A program made the translations under genes and the position numbers. Below are positions 25,335-36,762 of a stretch of DNA of 64,000 nt, piece by piece. The DNA comes from Planktothrix sp. GU0601_MAG3 (GTDB lineage: Bacteria > Cyanobacteriota > Cyanobacteriia > Cyanobacteriales > Microcoleaceae), in the NCBI GenBank assembly GCA_035193785.1, contig CP136572.1:1876578-1940577 (forward strand), read 5' to 3'. Numbering within the stretch: position 1 is the stretch's first letter; each line of letters opens with the position of its first letter. The notes beneath the pieces were generated by a model that saw only the letters and a program-made list of their open reading frames with translations, was not told the DNA's origin and did no database searches.

Positions 25335-26585
25335 ATGCCAGCCACTAAAATCGATGCCGACAACTTAAACCCATCTTTTCAGGACGATTCTGAGCCTGAT
25401 GAGCTAATGAGTCAGGATCTTGAGCCTGATTTGGATGATTTAATTGATTTGGAGATAGGCGATGCCAGCGATGTCAAACTCCAGACGCCCAACAATAATC
25501 GTCGTACAACGGATTTAGTTCGATTGTATCTCCAAGAAATTGGTAGGGTGCGTCTGTTGGGGCGGGATGAAGAAGTATCAGAAGCCCAAAAAGTGCAGCG
25601 TTATCTAAGGTTAGTTGACTTACGCGACAATGCTGCCGAGCAGGATGAGGGACTGATCAATACCTATGTGCGACTGATCAAAACCCGAGATAAATTATCG
25701 GCTCAGTTGGGTCATCGTCCGTCTTTAGAGCGCTGGGCTACAAATGCTGGGATTGATGTAACGGAACTCAAGCCGATTTTAGCTTCTGGTAAAAGGTGTT
25801 GGGCGGAAATCGCGGGTTTGACCGTTGAGGAATTGGATCGGATTCAAACTGAAGGAATACAATCCAAAGACCGGATGATTAAAGCCAATTTACGTTTGGT
25901 GGTATCGGTAGCTAAAAAATATCAAAACCGAGGTTTAGAACTGCTGGATTTAATTCAAGAAGGAACTTTAGGATTAGAACGGGCCGTGGAGAAGTTTGAC
26001 CCGACCCGGGGATATCGTTTTAGCACCTATTCTTATTGGTGGATTCGTCAAGGGATTACCCGGGCGATCGCTACCCAAAGTCGCACGATTCGTCTACCCG
26101 TTCATATTACCGAAAAACTCAATAAAATTAAAAAAGCACAACGGAAAATTTCTCAGGAAAAAGGTCGTACCGCCACGATTGAGGATATTGCCCATGAGTT
26201 AGAAATGACTCCGATTCAAGTCCGAGAGGTGTTGCTGCGGGTTCCCCGTTCTGTGTCGTTAGAAACGAAGGTGGGAACGGATAAGGATACGGAATTAGGG
26301 GATTTACTCGAAACCGAGGAGGTCACACCGGAAGAAATGCTCATGCGTGAGTCTTTGCATAAGGATTTACAAAACCTGTTAGCGGATTTGAGCAGTCGGG
26401 AACGGGATGTGATTTTGATGCGCTATGGTTTGGGGGATGGACACCCCTATTCCCTGGCGGAAATTGGTCGGGCACTGGAATTATCCCGGGAGCGAGTCCG
26501 TCAAATTGAAGCTAAAGCTTTACAAAAACTGCGTCAACCTAAACGTCGCAACCGGGTTCGGGATTATTTGGAGTCTTTGACTTAA
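25335..26585 (+). CDS. sigC: Group 2 RNA polymerase sigma factor SigC
   Basis: TDLVRLYLQEIGRVRLLGRDEEVSEAQKVQRY, ANLRLVVSVAKKY, DLIQEG, YWWIRQGITRAI, SRERVRQIE. Confidence 0.9.
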   Translation: MPATKIDADNLNPSFQDDSEPDELMSQDLEPDLDDLIDLEIGDASDVKLQTPNNNRRTTDLVRLYLQEIGRVRLLGRDEEVSEAQKVQRYLRLVDLRDNAAEQDEGLINTYVRLIKTRDKLSAQLGHRPSLERWATNAGIDVTELKPILASGKRCWAEIAGLTVEELDRIQTEGIQSKDRMIKANLRLVVSVAKKYQNRGLELLDLIQEGTLGLERAVEKFDPTRGYRFSTYSYWWIRQGITRAIATQSRTIRLPVHITEKLNKIKKAQRKISQEKGRTATIEDIAHELEMTPIQVREVLLRVPRSVSLETKVGTDKDTELGDLLETEEVTPEEMLMRESLHKDLQNLLADLSSRERDVILMRYGLGDGHPYSLAEIGRALELSRERVRQIEAKALQKLRQPKRRNRVRDYLESLT

Positions 26586-26616
26586 TCCCTAATCGTTTAT
26601 AGAATGGGCTTTCACG

Positions 26617-26648
26617 CCCCCCGATAACTATAGTTAGCGGGGGGTTTT
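26617..26648 (+). terminator. Intrinsic terminator after sigC
   Basis: CCCCCCG-ataactatagttag-CGGGGGG followed by TTTT. Confidence 0.7.
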
Positions 26649-26735
26649 AGTTGCAATAACTGTTTTTTTTGATAATCAGGAAATTTTTTGTGTATTATTG
26701 TCAGTATGCAAGCTTTATTGAAAACAATTGAGCGT

Positions 26736-27266
26736 ATGGGTTTATATACAACAGTCTCTTTTAAATCCGAACTTAATGATAAGGGTTGGCGGTTAACTCC
26801 CCAACGGGAAACGATTTTACAGGTCTTTCAGAATTTACCGAAAGGAAATCATCTGAGTGCGGAGGATTTGTATACTTTACTCAAAAGCCGAGGGGAAGCA
26901 ATTAGTTTATCGACTATTTATCGCACATTAAAGTTAATGGCGCGGATGGGAATTTTGCGGGAATTGGAATTGGCGGAGGGTCATAAACACTATGAAATTA
27001 ATCAACCCTATCCCCATCACCATCATCATTTAGTTTGTGTTCAGTGTAATAAAACCCTTGAGTTTAAAAATGATTCTATTTCTAAAACCAGCATGAAGCA
27101 GGCGGAAAAATCGGGCTTCCATTTATTAGATTGTCAATTAACTATTCATACGATTTGCCATGAGGCTTTACGCATGGGTTGGCCGTCTTTGATTTCTACA
27201 AATTGGTCTTGTTCAAAGGCGATCGCTGATGGATCTTCAGAAATGGATGAACCCGAGTGCCAGTAA
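26736..27266 (+). CDS. fur: Ferric uptake regulator (FurA-type)
   Basis: GWRLTPQRE, HLSAEDLY, SLSTIYRTL, HHHHHLVCVQC. Confidence 0.92.
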   Translation: MGLYTTVSFKSELNDKGWRLTPQRETILQVFQNLPKGNHLSAEDLYTLLKSRGEAISLSTIYRTLKLMARMGILRELELAEGHKHYEINQPYPHHHHHLVCVQCNKTLEFKNDSISKTSMKQAEKSGFHLLDCQLTIHTICHEALRMGWPSLISTNWSCSKAIADGSSEMDEPECQ

Positions 27267-27300
27267 TCAGTAATCAGTTAACTGATTACTGATTACTGAT
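27263..27300. repeat. Inverted heptamer repeats between convergent genes (possible bidirectional terminator)
   Basis: cagtaatcagtaatcagt-ta-actgattactgattactg. Confidence 0.65.
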
Positions 27301-28902
27301 TAAAGGCTACCAAATAAAACGGTATCTGCATTAGGGCCATAGAAGGCTCTAGCCTGTGCAACGGCTTGTTGGGTTAAACCATCGTAAACTCCATTAATGG
27401 GGCCGTTATACAGTCCTTGGATTCTTAGTCGCTGCTGCAACTGTTGGACATTGGTTGTCCCATAAACAGGGGGGGTGGTAGTGACTACGGTGGTTATTCG
27501 ATTTGAAGGTCGCGCCACCGATTGTGGGTTAAATAAGGCGTTTTGAGTGGTGGGGCCGGCTATCCCGGTCACCGTGACTCCCCGGGATTCTTGAAACCAA
27601 ATTAAGGCATCTTGAGTGGCGGCATCAAAAAAACCATTAATTGGGCCATTATAATAGTTCAATTCGCGTAAACGCCGTTGAATTGTTCTAACTTCTGGGC
27701 CTGTGTCTCCTAAAGAAATTGTGGAGAGGGAATTTCTGATCGGAATTGTCGGATTTTGGACAATGGGGATGGGTCTAGGTTGCTGGGGCTGTACAGTTGT
27801 GGTGGCATTGGCGAGATAAAAAGCCGTGGTTGGCCCAACTTCTCCTGTGACTGTAATTCTATTAGCCCGTTGGAAGTTGCTCACAGCCCCTTGAGTGGAT
27901 TGACCAAATACCCCATCTACGATTCCGGTATAATATCCCAAGGTTTGTAGTTGTGCTTGTAATACCTTAACCGCCGCTCCGCGACTCCCCAATCTTAGAA
28001 TAGTATCAGGCAAGGGGTTAGAAGGAAGAGAAGGAACAGAGGGAATAGAGGGAACACTTAAAGCTACTAAAGTGGTGGATGTCGCAACTCCAGTGGCTGG
28101 GATTCCCTGGGAAACGTTGGAATTGTTGAACGGCGACGGCGGTTAAGGAGTCAAAATAACCCGTAATCACACCCCCATAAAAACCCAGGGTTTGTAATCT
28201 TTCTTGCAATGCCATCACTTCTTGCCCATACTGACCTTCTCGTAAAGTTGTACCTGGGAAAACAACATCCTGACCAGAATTAAGACCACTATTCAGTATG
28301 GCGAGGGTGGCTTCCGTGACTAAACCCGTTGGCGGAATATTATAGTCCCGTTGCATTTGAATCACAGCATTTTCTGTGATGCTTCCAAAGTTGCTCGTAG
28401 GTTGTTGGTTGAAATAACCCAAGGCTTGTAACCGCCTCTGTAAATCCGAAACCCCAGGGCCACTATCTCCCCGTCCCAAGCCAATTAAATCTCGACTACT
28501 ACCCGGGTTTGATGGGTTAACAACGGCTCCTAATCCCAAAGCTGCTAGGGTTTGAGGGCCAACAATCCCATCGGCCGATAAACCCGCATCCCGTTGAAAC
28601 CGAATCACCGCATCTTTCGTCAGACTGCCGAAATTCCCCGTAGCATTGGCATTAAAATAGCCCAATTCCTGTAAGCGCTGTTGAACTTGCCGGACTTGGT
28701 TTCCAGAATCTCCAGACATGACCAAGGCTTGGGCGGTTTGGGCGACCGTTAAGACTGAAACTGCTACCGCTAAGGCTAGAAAGTAGCGGTAAGTTTGACT
28801 CGAAAGTTTTTTCCAGTTAACCTCATTTAATCCTGAGAATTGATCAAAATCAGGATCTTCATAGTTTAGGGCTAGGGCCAGAAACCCATAGGATTCAATC
28901 AT
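27300..28902 (-). CDS. Secreted multi-PG_binding_1 (peptidoglycan-binding) domain protein; one gene with an apparent frameshift at 28111-28115
   Basis: Signal region …AQTAQA and about six G.G..V..LQ..L..LGY…G.FG..T..AV..FQ units. The corrected frame runs QRSQGIPATGVATSTTLVAL…NPLPDTILRLG into the second ORF. Confidence 0.88.
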
Positions 28903-29003
28903 GTTTTTTTGGGGGAAACATTATTAATAGACTTCGACCTTTCCAGAAATTAGGTCTTGAAAGGTTAGTTTCCCCTATTCTAGTTCAGATGTAAAAGTGA
29001 GAT

Positions 29004-29180
29004 TTAAACCCAACCTGCGCGATCGCAAATTAAGGCGACAATCACCGCAAAGGCCGTAATTCCTAATGCCACCCAGGGACTTTGACCTTGACCAACGGCA
29101 AAAGAAGTCGCTACACCAGCGCCCAATGCTGCGGTTACGGCGGACTCAAGGAGATCGCGTTGTGAGTTTTTAGGGTTCAT
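29004..29180 (-). CDS. Small hydrophobic membrane protein (58 aa, below the ORF-track cutoff)
   Basis: Hand translation MNPKNSQRDLLESAVTAALGAGVATSFAVGQGQSPWVALGITAFAVIVALICDRAGWV*, with two hydrophobic segments. Confidence 0.7.
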   Translation of the reverse strand: MNPKNSQRDLLESAVTAALGAGVATSFAVGQGQSPWVALGITAFAVIVALICDRAGWV

Positions 29181-29416
29181 AAGCTAGGGGAGGTTGGATT
29201 AACACCATAGTTTTGAATGGGTTCAACCTATCACCTAGAGCCATAAAGTCCGTGGGTTTGAGTCGCAATTGCAATCAAGCGTTAGGTTTAGATACGTTTC
29301 TTAATCAATCTGAAGAATTTTTACCCGCAAAGCTTGTATTTTTGTGAAGATATGTTACCATGCCTAGAATTACATCAGCAATTTGTGTAGCCGTTTACAA
29401 ACAAAATCGCCTGACT

Positions 29417-30241
29417 ATGAACCATACAGCCAAAATGACCAAAAAACTCCTGATTCTCTTAGCAACCGTTAGCAGTGTAGCCGCCCTCGGCGCTTGCAGT
29501 CAGCCCAGTGCCAATAATACCCCCCCGGCACAACCCTCCACCGAACAAGCCACCGGGACAACTGGGTCTACCACAACCCCTGAAACCACCGCAGGCACCG
29601 TTTCTCCCTCTCCCGCCACAACAACAACAACCACCACCACCACCACCACTCCGGCTGTTGCCTCTGAAAATACGGCTACCACGGCCAATTTAGTTTCCAA
29701 TGAGTCGGAAAGTATTGTCCAAATTGCTGCCGCTAACCCCTCTTTCAGTACCTTTACTAAGGCTGTTGAAGCTGCTGGTTTAACTGAAACTCTTTCTGCT
29801 CCAGGTGCTTACACCGTTTTTGCCCCCACCGATGAAGCATTTGCCGCTTTACCTGCGGGAACTTTAGAGGAGTTAATGAAGCCTGAAAATAAAGAAAAAT
29901 TGGCTAAAATTCTCAAATATCATGTTCTAGAAAATAAAGTCGCCTCGGCTGAAATTCAACCAGGTGAAGTCGTTACAGTTGAAGGAGAACCCGTAAATTT
30001 AGAAGTAGCTGAAGGCAAAGTTAAAGTTAATGGAGCCGAAGTAATTCAAGCTGATATTAATGCCAATAATGGCGTTATTCATGTTATTAAGGTCGTCATT
30101 CTTCCTGCTAATGTCGCATCTCCTACGACCACATCCCCGGAAGCGACATCTCCTACAACCACGTCTCCTGAAGCGACATCTCCTACAACCACATCTCCTG
30201 AAGCAACATCTACCACTACTACTACCACCACCCCTCAATAG
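29417..30241 (+). CDS. Fasciclin (FAS1) domain lipoprotein with Thr/Pro-rich linkers
   Basis: Lipobox LGAC; YTVFAPTDEAF, ILKYHV, NGVIHVI; a C-terminal 30-bp repeat encodes (TSPTTTSPEA)x3. Confidence 0.9.
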   Translation: MNHTAKMTKKLLILLATVSSVAALGACSQPSANNTPPAQPSTEQATGTTGSTTTPETTAGTVSPSPATTTTTTTTTTTPAVASENTATTANLVSNESESIVQIAAANPSFSTFTKAVEAAGLTETLSAPGAYTVFAPTDEAFAALPAGTLEELMKPENKEKLAKILKYHVLENKVASAEIQPGEVVTVEGEPVNLEVAEGKVKVNGAEVIQADINANNGVIHVIKVVILPANVASPTTTSPEATSPTTTSPEATSPTTTSPEATSTTTTTTTPQ

Positions 30242-30322
30242 GATTTCAGGAGTTATCTAATTCAAGATTAATCTATTTTTAGATTATCTGAAAGCCCGGT
30301 TTCATAAAAGTTACCGGGTTTT

Positions 30323-31979
30323 TTAGTAATTAAAATCAATATCCAATTTTAACTGAGTTGCTTTGACTTCCTTTTGTTTTTCGGCGGATTTTAATACTTC
30401 GTATCCTAACGGAATAGATAACCTTTTTTGATCTTCAATTATTTCTTGAATCGTCACAATTGAGATAATATCAGAGCTTTGGCTCATATATTTATTTTGA
30501 TAAATTCCGGCGGATTTGGCGGTTTTAATCATCTCTTTTGTGGGTTCTTTTAAGGTAATAAAAATTCCCATTGCCGCTTTTTCTAGGGTTAAAGTCCCTT
30601 GTAAATCCCGAATATCTCCCGATTTAATATTACCAGATTTTACTTGTAAGATAATTTTTTCCGGCTCATCCTGTTCACTTCTAAAATAGGCAATACCATC
30701 AATACCTTTATCCGCGCCTTTTTTGGGATTAATAATAGCCCGATTATTACTATAGGTTAAAACCGCCCATTTTTCAAATTCTTTGCGGGTGCGATCATCT
30801 TTTTTATTAGCTAAAGCGATCGCAGATTTCATGTCTTTAGGAATACCATTGAGTTGAATTTGTTCTAATACTCCTTTGCCAAAAGCATCTTCTAACCGTT
30901 TTAAAATTAAACTAATACTTTGATAGGTAATATCAATTCCGATCCATTGACGCTGTAATTTTTGGGAAACTGCAAAGGTTGTCCCAGAGCCACAATAAGC
31001 ATCAAGAATGATATCATTTTCATTACTGCTGGTTTTGATAATTCTTTCTAACAAATCTTCTGGTTTTTGTGTGGGATAACCTAAACGTTCTTTTGTAGTA
31101 GGAGCAAATAATATATCTGTCCAAATATCTTGTAATACAGGACTCTTGGTTTCATGTAAATATTGTTTTAACCCATCTTTTCTGGGTTTACCATCCTTTT
31201 GAAGTAAAATCTGACCATTTTCATAGAGTTCTTCTAGTTTTTCAAGAGAAAATCTCCACTGTCTATTATTGCCAGGATGAACACCTCTCCACTCTACAGT
31301 TTCTTGTTTCCGAAAAATGTGGTGCAGTTAAATTTTCTGCTCTATATAAACCTTGAATATCTGAATATTTATAACGGGATAATTGTTCTGGAGAATGAAT
31401 CGAATCTATATAATTAAAGATTTTTGACTGTGTTTTACTATAAAATAAGATCCGATCCTGAATCCTACCAAACCTCTGAGGATCATTATGGGCTGTAGTT
31501 CTTTTCCAAATAATTTCATTTAAAAAATCACCCCCCTGAGAGCAAAAAATCGCATCTAATACTAATTTTAAATAGTGGCTAGAAGTCGGATCACAATGAA
31601 GATAAAAACTCCCCGTTGGTTTTAAAATACGATAAATTTCTACAATTCTCAAAGTCATACTAACTAAATAAGCCAAAAGACTACCCTTTCCCAGAACTTT
31701 TGTTAATCCGGCAATTAAATCAATACTTTGTTGAGTAAAATGATCTTGATAATTGCTAAAAATATCCTCTAAACCTTGATTTGCCAGATCATCCCAAGTC
31801 CAAGTATCAATAAATGCTTGAGCTTGGGCTTGATCTTCCTTGCCTAAATTATTATAAATTTGATTATAGTTACGTTTAGAATTAAACGGCGGATCGATAT
31901 AACATAAATCTACAGATTCATCCTTAATATATTTCCGCAAAACTTCCAAATTATCACCATAGAATAATTGATTAACCAT
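30323..31979 (-). CDS. N6/N4 DNA methyltransferase (beta class) fused to a C-terminal Mrr-like PD-(D/E)xK domain (apparent frameshift near 31299-31310)
   Basis: YIDPPFN, YPTQKP in the bridging frame, LDAYCGSGT; C-terminal GADKGIDG…ILQVKSG. Confidence 0.88.
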
Positions 31980-32201
31980 GCTTTTTATTTCTTGATTTAT
32001 AATTATTTTTTTGCGATAAACTTTCTATTGATGATCAATTAAAATCATCCAAACCAAGAATATCATATTTTATCTGAGTGTTTAAAACTTCTTTGTATCT
32101 TCGTGTCTTTGTGGTTAAATCAGGCTTTAACATTATAAACATAGCCACAAGAATAAAATAAGCTAGAATAGCAGAGGCAATGGGTTAGAAACTCCCGAAC
32201 A

Positions 32202-32570
32202 TCAACAATTTTTGCAATAGTTTTGTTTGTTTTTAAGCTGATTCATCCAGGCTTCATTTCCATAAATTCCGATCAATAAAGCCGGAATACTTAAATCTGC
32301 ATCAAGTTTTTCCCAATGTAATCCTGCACCGGAGGGAGTAATTTCAACTTCTGCTAAATCTTCAGGAGAAGCATCTGCTAACCCCTGAGCAATTTCTGGG
32401 GGAAAACTAAAAGAAACACCATATTTTAAATCAATAGTAATTTTTCCAATTTGCCAATCATAATAAGCAGATTCTGCCCTCGGTTCAAAGGTATTAGCAA
32501 TCAACGCTGCTTGTCGTGCGTTTTTAATTTCTTCCTCTAAAGTTTGCTGATCAAAAATTAGATTATCCAT
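32202..32570 (-). CDS. DUF2442 family protein (putative antitoxin)
   Basis: LADASPEDLAEVEITPSGAGLHWEKLDADLSIPALL pattern. Confidence 0.8.
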   Translation of the reverse strand: MDNLIFDQQTLEEEIKNARQAALIANTFEPRAESAYYDWQIGKITIDLKYGVSFSFPPEIAQGLADASPEDLAEVEITPSGAGLHWEKLDADLSIPALLIGIYGNEAWMNQLKNKQNYCKNC

Positions 32571-32814
32571 GAATTGTTCTCCAAGCCGTAATTAATTTTA
32601 ACTGATGAGTTGCAACAATTTTTAAGGCTTTTACAACCTCTGTATTACTAATATCACCATAAACTTGAGATAAAGAAGGAGGTTCTGTCTCACTGCCTAG
32701 TTTAATAATCACTTGCCCTCCTCCCTTAATAACATGAACGTGGGAAGGCAAATGATCATTAGGATAAATAATAACATTAAAACCATCTTCTCGGTGAACC
32801 GTTGGCATGGGCAA
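32563..32814 (-). CDS. DUF4160 family protein (putative toxin)
   Basis: MPTV…GF.VIIYPNDHLPSHVHV; overlaps the DUF2442 start. Confidence 0.8.
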   Translation of the reverse strand: MPMPTVHREDGFNVIIYPNDHLPSHVHVIKGGGQVIIKLGSETEPPSLSQVYGDISNTEVVKALKIVATHQLKLITAWRTIHG

Positions 32815-33086
32815 TACAACTAAAATTTGCTAGGATTAGAAGACTAATCTTTTAAATCTTCCCAGGAAACTCCTTCGTTTTGTTGATATTCTAATTTTGC
32901 TTATTAAAAGGCTTCTAAATCTATTTGATTTTATCATAAAACTTAAAAACCGGGTTGATTCTTAAATATCTCAGGGTCAAACTTCTACTTTTTACTACAA
33001 ACCCAGTTTCTGCACACAACTCCTGCTGATGTGAAAATTTCGTGTAAAATTGTAAAATAACCCTTGCTCCCTATAATTAACATCCT

Positions 33087-36000
33087 ATGAAAAGCGCATT
33101 TTTAGACCGTCTGCATAGTCCTGAACGTCCCGTTATCGTGTTTGATGGGGGAATGGGAACTAACCTACAAACCCAAAATCTCACCGCCGAAGACTTTGGC
33201 GGAAAAGATTATGAGGGATGTAATGAATATTTGGTTTATACAAAACCTGAAGCCGTAGCTAACGTCCATCGCGGCTTTTTAGAAGCGGGTGCAGATGTCA
33301 TTGAAACCGATACCTTTGGCGCCACTTCTATTGTTTTAGCCGAATATGATTTAGCTGATAAAGCTTATGATTTAAACAAAACCGCCGCCGAATTAGCAAA
33401 AAGCTTAACCACCCAATATTCTACACCCGAAAAACCTCGATTTGTTGCAGGTTCAATTGGGCCAGGAACCAAACTTCCTACCCTCGGACATATTGATTTT
33501 GACAGCTTACATCATGCTTTTGCAGAACAAGCGGAGGGATTATTTGATGGGGGCGTGGATTTATTCATCGTTGAAACTTGCCAAGATGTGCTACAAATTA
33601 AAGCCGCATTAAACGGTATTGAAGACGTTTTCACTAAAAAAGGTGAACGTCGTCCGATTATGGTTTCCGTAACCATGGAAGCCTTTGGAACCATGTTAGT
33701 CGGGTCAGAAATGAGCGCGGCATTAACAATTTTAGCCCCCTATAAAATTGATATTTTAGGTTTAAATTGTGCCACTGGCCCCGATTTAATGAAAGAACAT
33801 ATTCGTTATTTATCGGAACATTCCCCCTTTATTGTTTCCTGTATTCCTAATGCGGGTTTACCGGAAAATGTCGGGGGTAAAGCCCATTATAAACTGACGC
33901 CACTGGAACTAAAAATGGCGTTAATGCACTTCGTTGAAGATTTGGGAGTTCAGGTGATTGGCGGCTGTTGTGGAACCCGTTACGAGCATATTCAAGCCCT
34001 AGCTGAAATCTCCCAAACCCTGAAACCGAAACAACGGGAACCCCAATTTATTCCTTCGGCGGCTTCAATTTATAGTCCCCAAACTTATGAACAGGAAAAC
34101 TCCTTTTTAATTATTGGTGAACGTCTGAACGCCAGTGGGTCTAAAAAATGCCGGGATTTACTCAATGCAGAGGACTGGGATGGGTTAGTTTCCCTAGCAA
34201 AATCCCAGATAAAAGAAGGGGCGCAAATTTTAGATGTGAACGTCGATTATGTTGGGCGAGATGGCGTGCGAGATATGAAAGAATTGGTGTCTCGCGTCGT
34301 TACTAATGTTAATTTACCATTGATGTTAGACTCGACGGAATGGCAAAAAATGGAAGCGGGGTTAAAGGTATCTGGGGGGAAATGTTTACTCAATTCTACT
34401 AACTATGAAGATGGGGAAGAACGCTTTTATAAAGTCTTAGAAATTGCCAAAAGATATGGTGCTGCTATTGTGGTGGGAAACCATTGACGAAGAAGGCATG
34501 GGAAGAACCGCCGAGAAGAAATTTGAAATTGCTAAACGGGCTTATGATGCAGCAATTAATTATGGTATTCCTGCATACGAAATCTTTTTTGATCCCTTGG
34601 CATTACCGATTTCTACGGGTATTGAAGAAGACCGAAATAATGGTAAAGCCACGATAGATTCTATTCGTCAAATTCGTCAAGAATTGCCGGGATGTCATAT
34701 TGTTTTAGGGGTTTCTAATATTTCCTTTGGTTTAAATCCGGTGGCGCGGCAAGTGTTAAATTCGGTGTTCCTGCATGAAGCTATGCAAGTGGGGTTAGAT
34801 GCCGCTATTGTTAGTGCAAATAAGATTTTACCCCTAGCTAAAATTGACCCCGAACATCAAGAGGTTTGTCGGAAATTAATTTATGACCAGCGAGGATTTG
34901 ATGGAGATGTTTGTACCTATGACCCGTTAGGAGAACTCACCAATTTATTTCAGGGTAAAACTACAAAACGAGATCGTTCTGGAGATATTAACCTGCCGAT
35001 AGAAGAACGGTTAAAACGTCATATTATTGACGGAGAAAGGATTGGATTAGATGATGCTTTAGCCGTAGGTTTAAAACAATATCCACCCCTAGAGATTATT
35101 AATAATATTCTCTTGGATGGGATGAAAGTTGTGGGAGAATTGTTCGGGTCTGGGCAAATGCAGCTACCTTTTGTATTACAATCTGCCCAAACTATGAAAG
35201 CCGCCGTTGCCTATTTAGAACCCTATATGGAGAAGTCAGAAACGGGGAATAATGGCAAAGGAACCTTTATCATTGCCACCGTGAAAGGAGATGTGCATGA
35301 TATTGGTAAAAATTTAGTCGATATTATTTTATCAAATAACGGCTATCGGGTGATTAATTTAGGGATTAAACAACCCGTGGAAAATATTATCAATGCCTAC
35401 AAAGAACACGGCGCGGACTGTATTGCCATGAGTGGATTATTGGTTAAATCCACCGCCTTTATGAAGGACAATTTGGAAGCATTCAACAAAGAAAGTATTA
35501 AAGTTCCGGTGATTTTAGGTGGGGCGGCTTTAACCCCAAAATTTGTCTATGAGGATTGCCAAAATGTCTATCAAGGTCAAGTTATTTATGGAAAAGATGC
35601 CTTTTCTGACTTGAATTTTATGGATAAGTTAATGCCCGCAAAAACCGCCGGAAAATGGGATGATTCCCAAGGATTTTTAGGGGAATATGCGGAAATTAAA
35701 AAAATCAAAGTCAAGTCGGAAACGGTTGAAAAGGCTTTAGAAAATCCTGAAGAAATTGTAATTGATACCCGACATTCTGAAGCCGTTGATGTTAATATTG
35801 ACCGTCCCACTCCTCCTTTCTGGGGAACGAAAATTTTACAACCCCAAGATATTCCTATCGAGGATATTTGGTGGTATTTAGATGTACAAGCATTAGTTGT
35901 AGGTCAATGGCAGTTTCGCAAACCCAGAGAACAATCAAAGGAAGAATATAGTCAATTTTTAGCTGAAAAGGTTTATCCGGTTTTAGACGAATGGAAAACC

Positions 36001-36607
36001 AAAATTTTGGCAGAAAATTTATTACATCCCACGGTAATTTATGGATATTTCCCCTGTCAATCTGAGGGTAATTCTCTATTGATTTTTGACCCAGAAAATC
36101 ATCAAAAACAGGTGGCTTGTTTTGAGTTTCCTCGACAAAAATCACGAAAACGTTTGTGTATTGCGGACTTTTTTGCTTCTAAAGAAAGTGGCAAAATTGA
36201 TGTTTTTCCGATGCAGGCGGTAACTGTTGGGGAAATTGCTACGGAATACGCTCAAAAATTGTTTGCTGAAAATGACTATAAGAATTATTTGTATTTCCAT
36301 GGAATGGCGGTACAAACGGCTGAAGCGTTAGCGGAATGGACTCACGCCAAAATTCGTCGGGAGTTGGGATTTGGAAGTGAAGAACCGGATAATGTGCGGG
36401 ATGTTTTAGCCCAACGCCATCGGGGTTTCTCGCTATAGTTTTGGATATCCGGCTTGTCCGAATATTCAAGACCAATATAAACAGGTGGAGTTGTTACAAA
36501 CTGACCGAATTAAGATGTTTATGGATGAAAGTGAACAAATTTATCCAGAACAATCTACAACGGCGTTTATTACCTATCATCCTGTTTCTAAATACTTCAA
36601 TCTTTAA
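33087..36607 (+). CDS. metH: Cobalamin-dependent methionine synthase (apparent frameshifts at 34477-34481 and 36425-36429)
   Basis: [43 protein letters not shown]; the corrected tail is [10 protein letters not shown]…PEQSTTA. Confidence 0.97.
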
Positions 36608-36762
36608 GGTTTTTTGTCCTCGTTGAATCAAATTTAGGTGTGATCAAAACCTGGTTTCTCAAAGAGACCGGGTTTTTGGGTATACATGATTTTGGTGTAC
36701 TATTCTCAATTATGAGATGAATATTATATGAAAGATTAAGCCCTGAAGGGCTTACTACGGGT

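Noticed and set aside
32820..33086. Cobalamin or SAM riboswitch upstream of metH
   Set aside because: AT-rich, with no recognisable B12-box or S-box core motifs.
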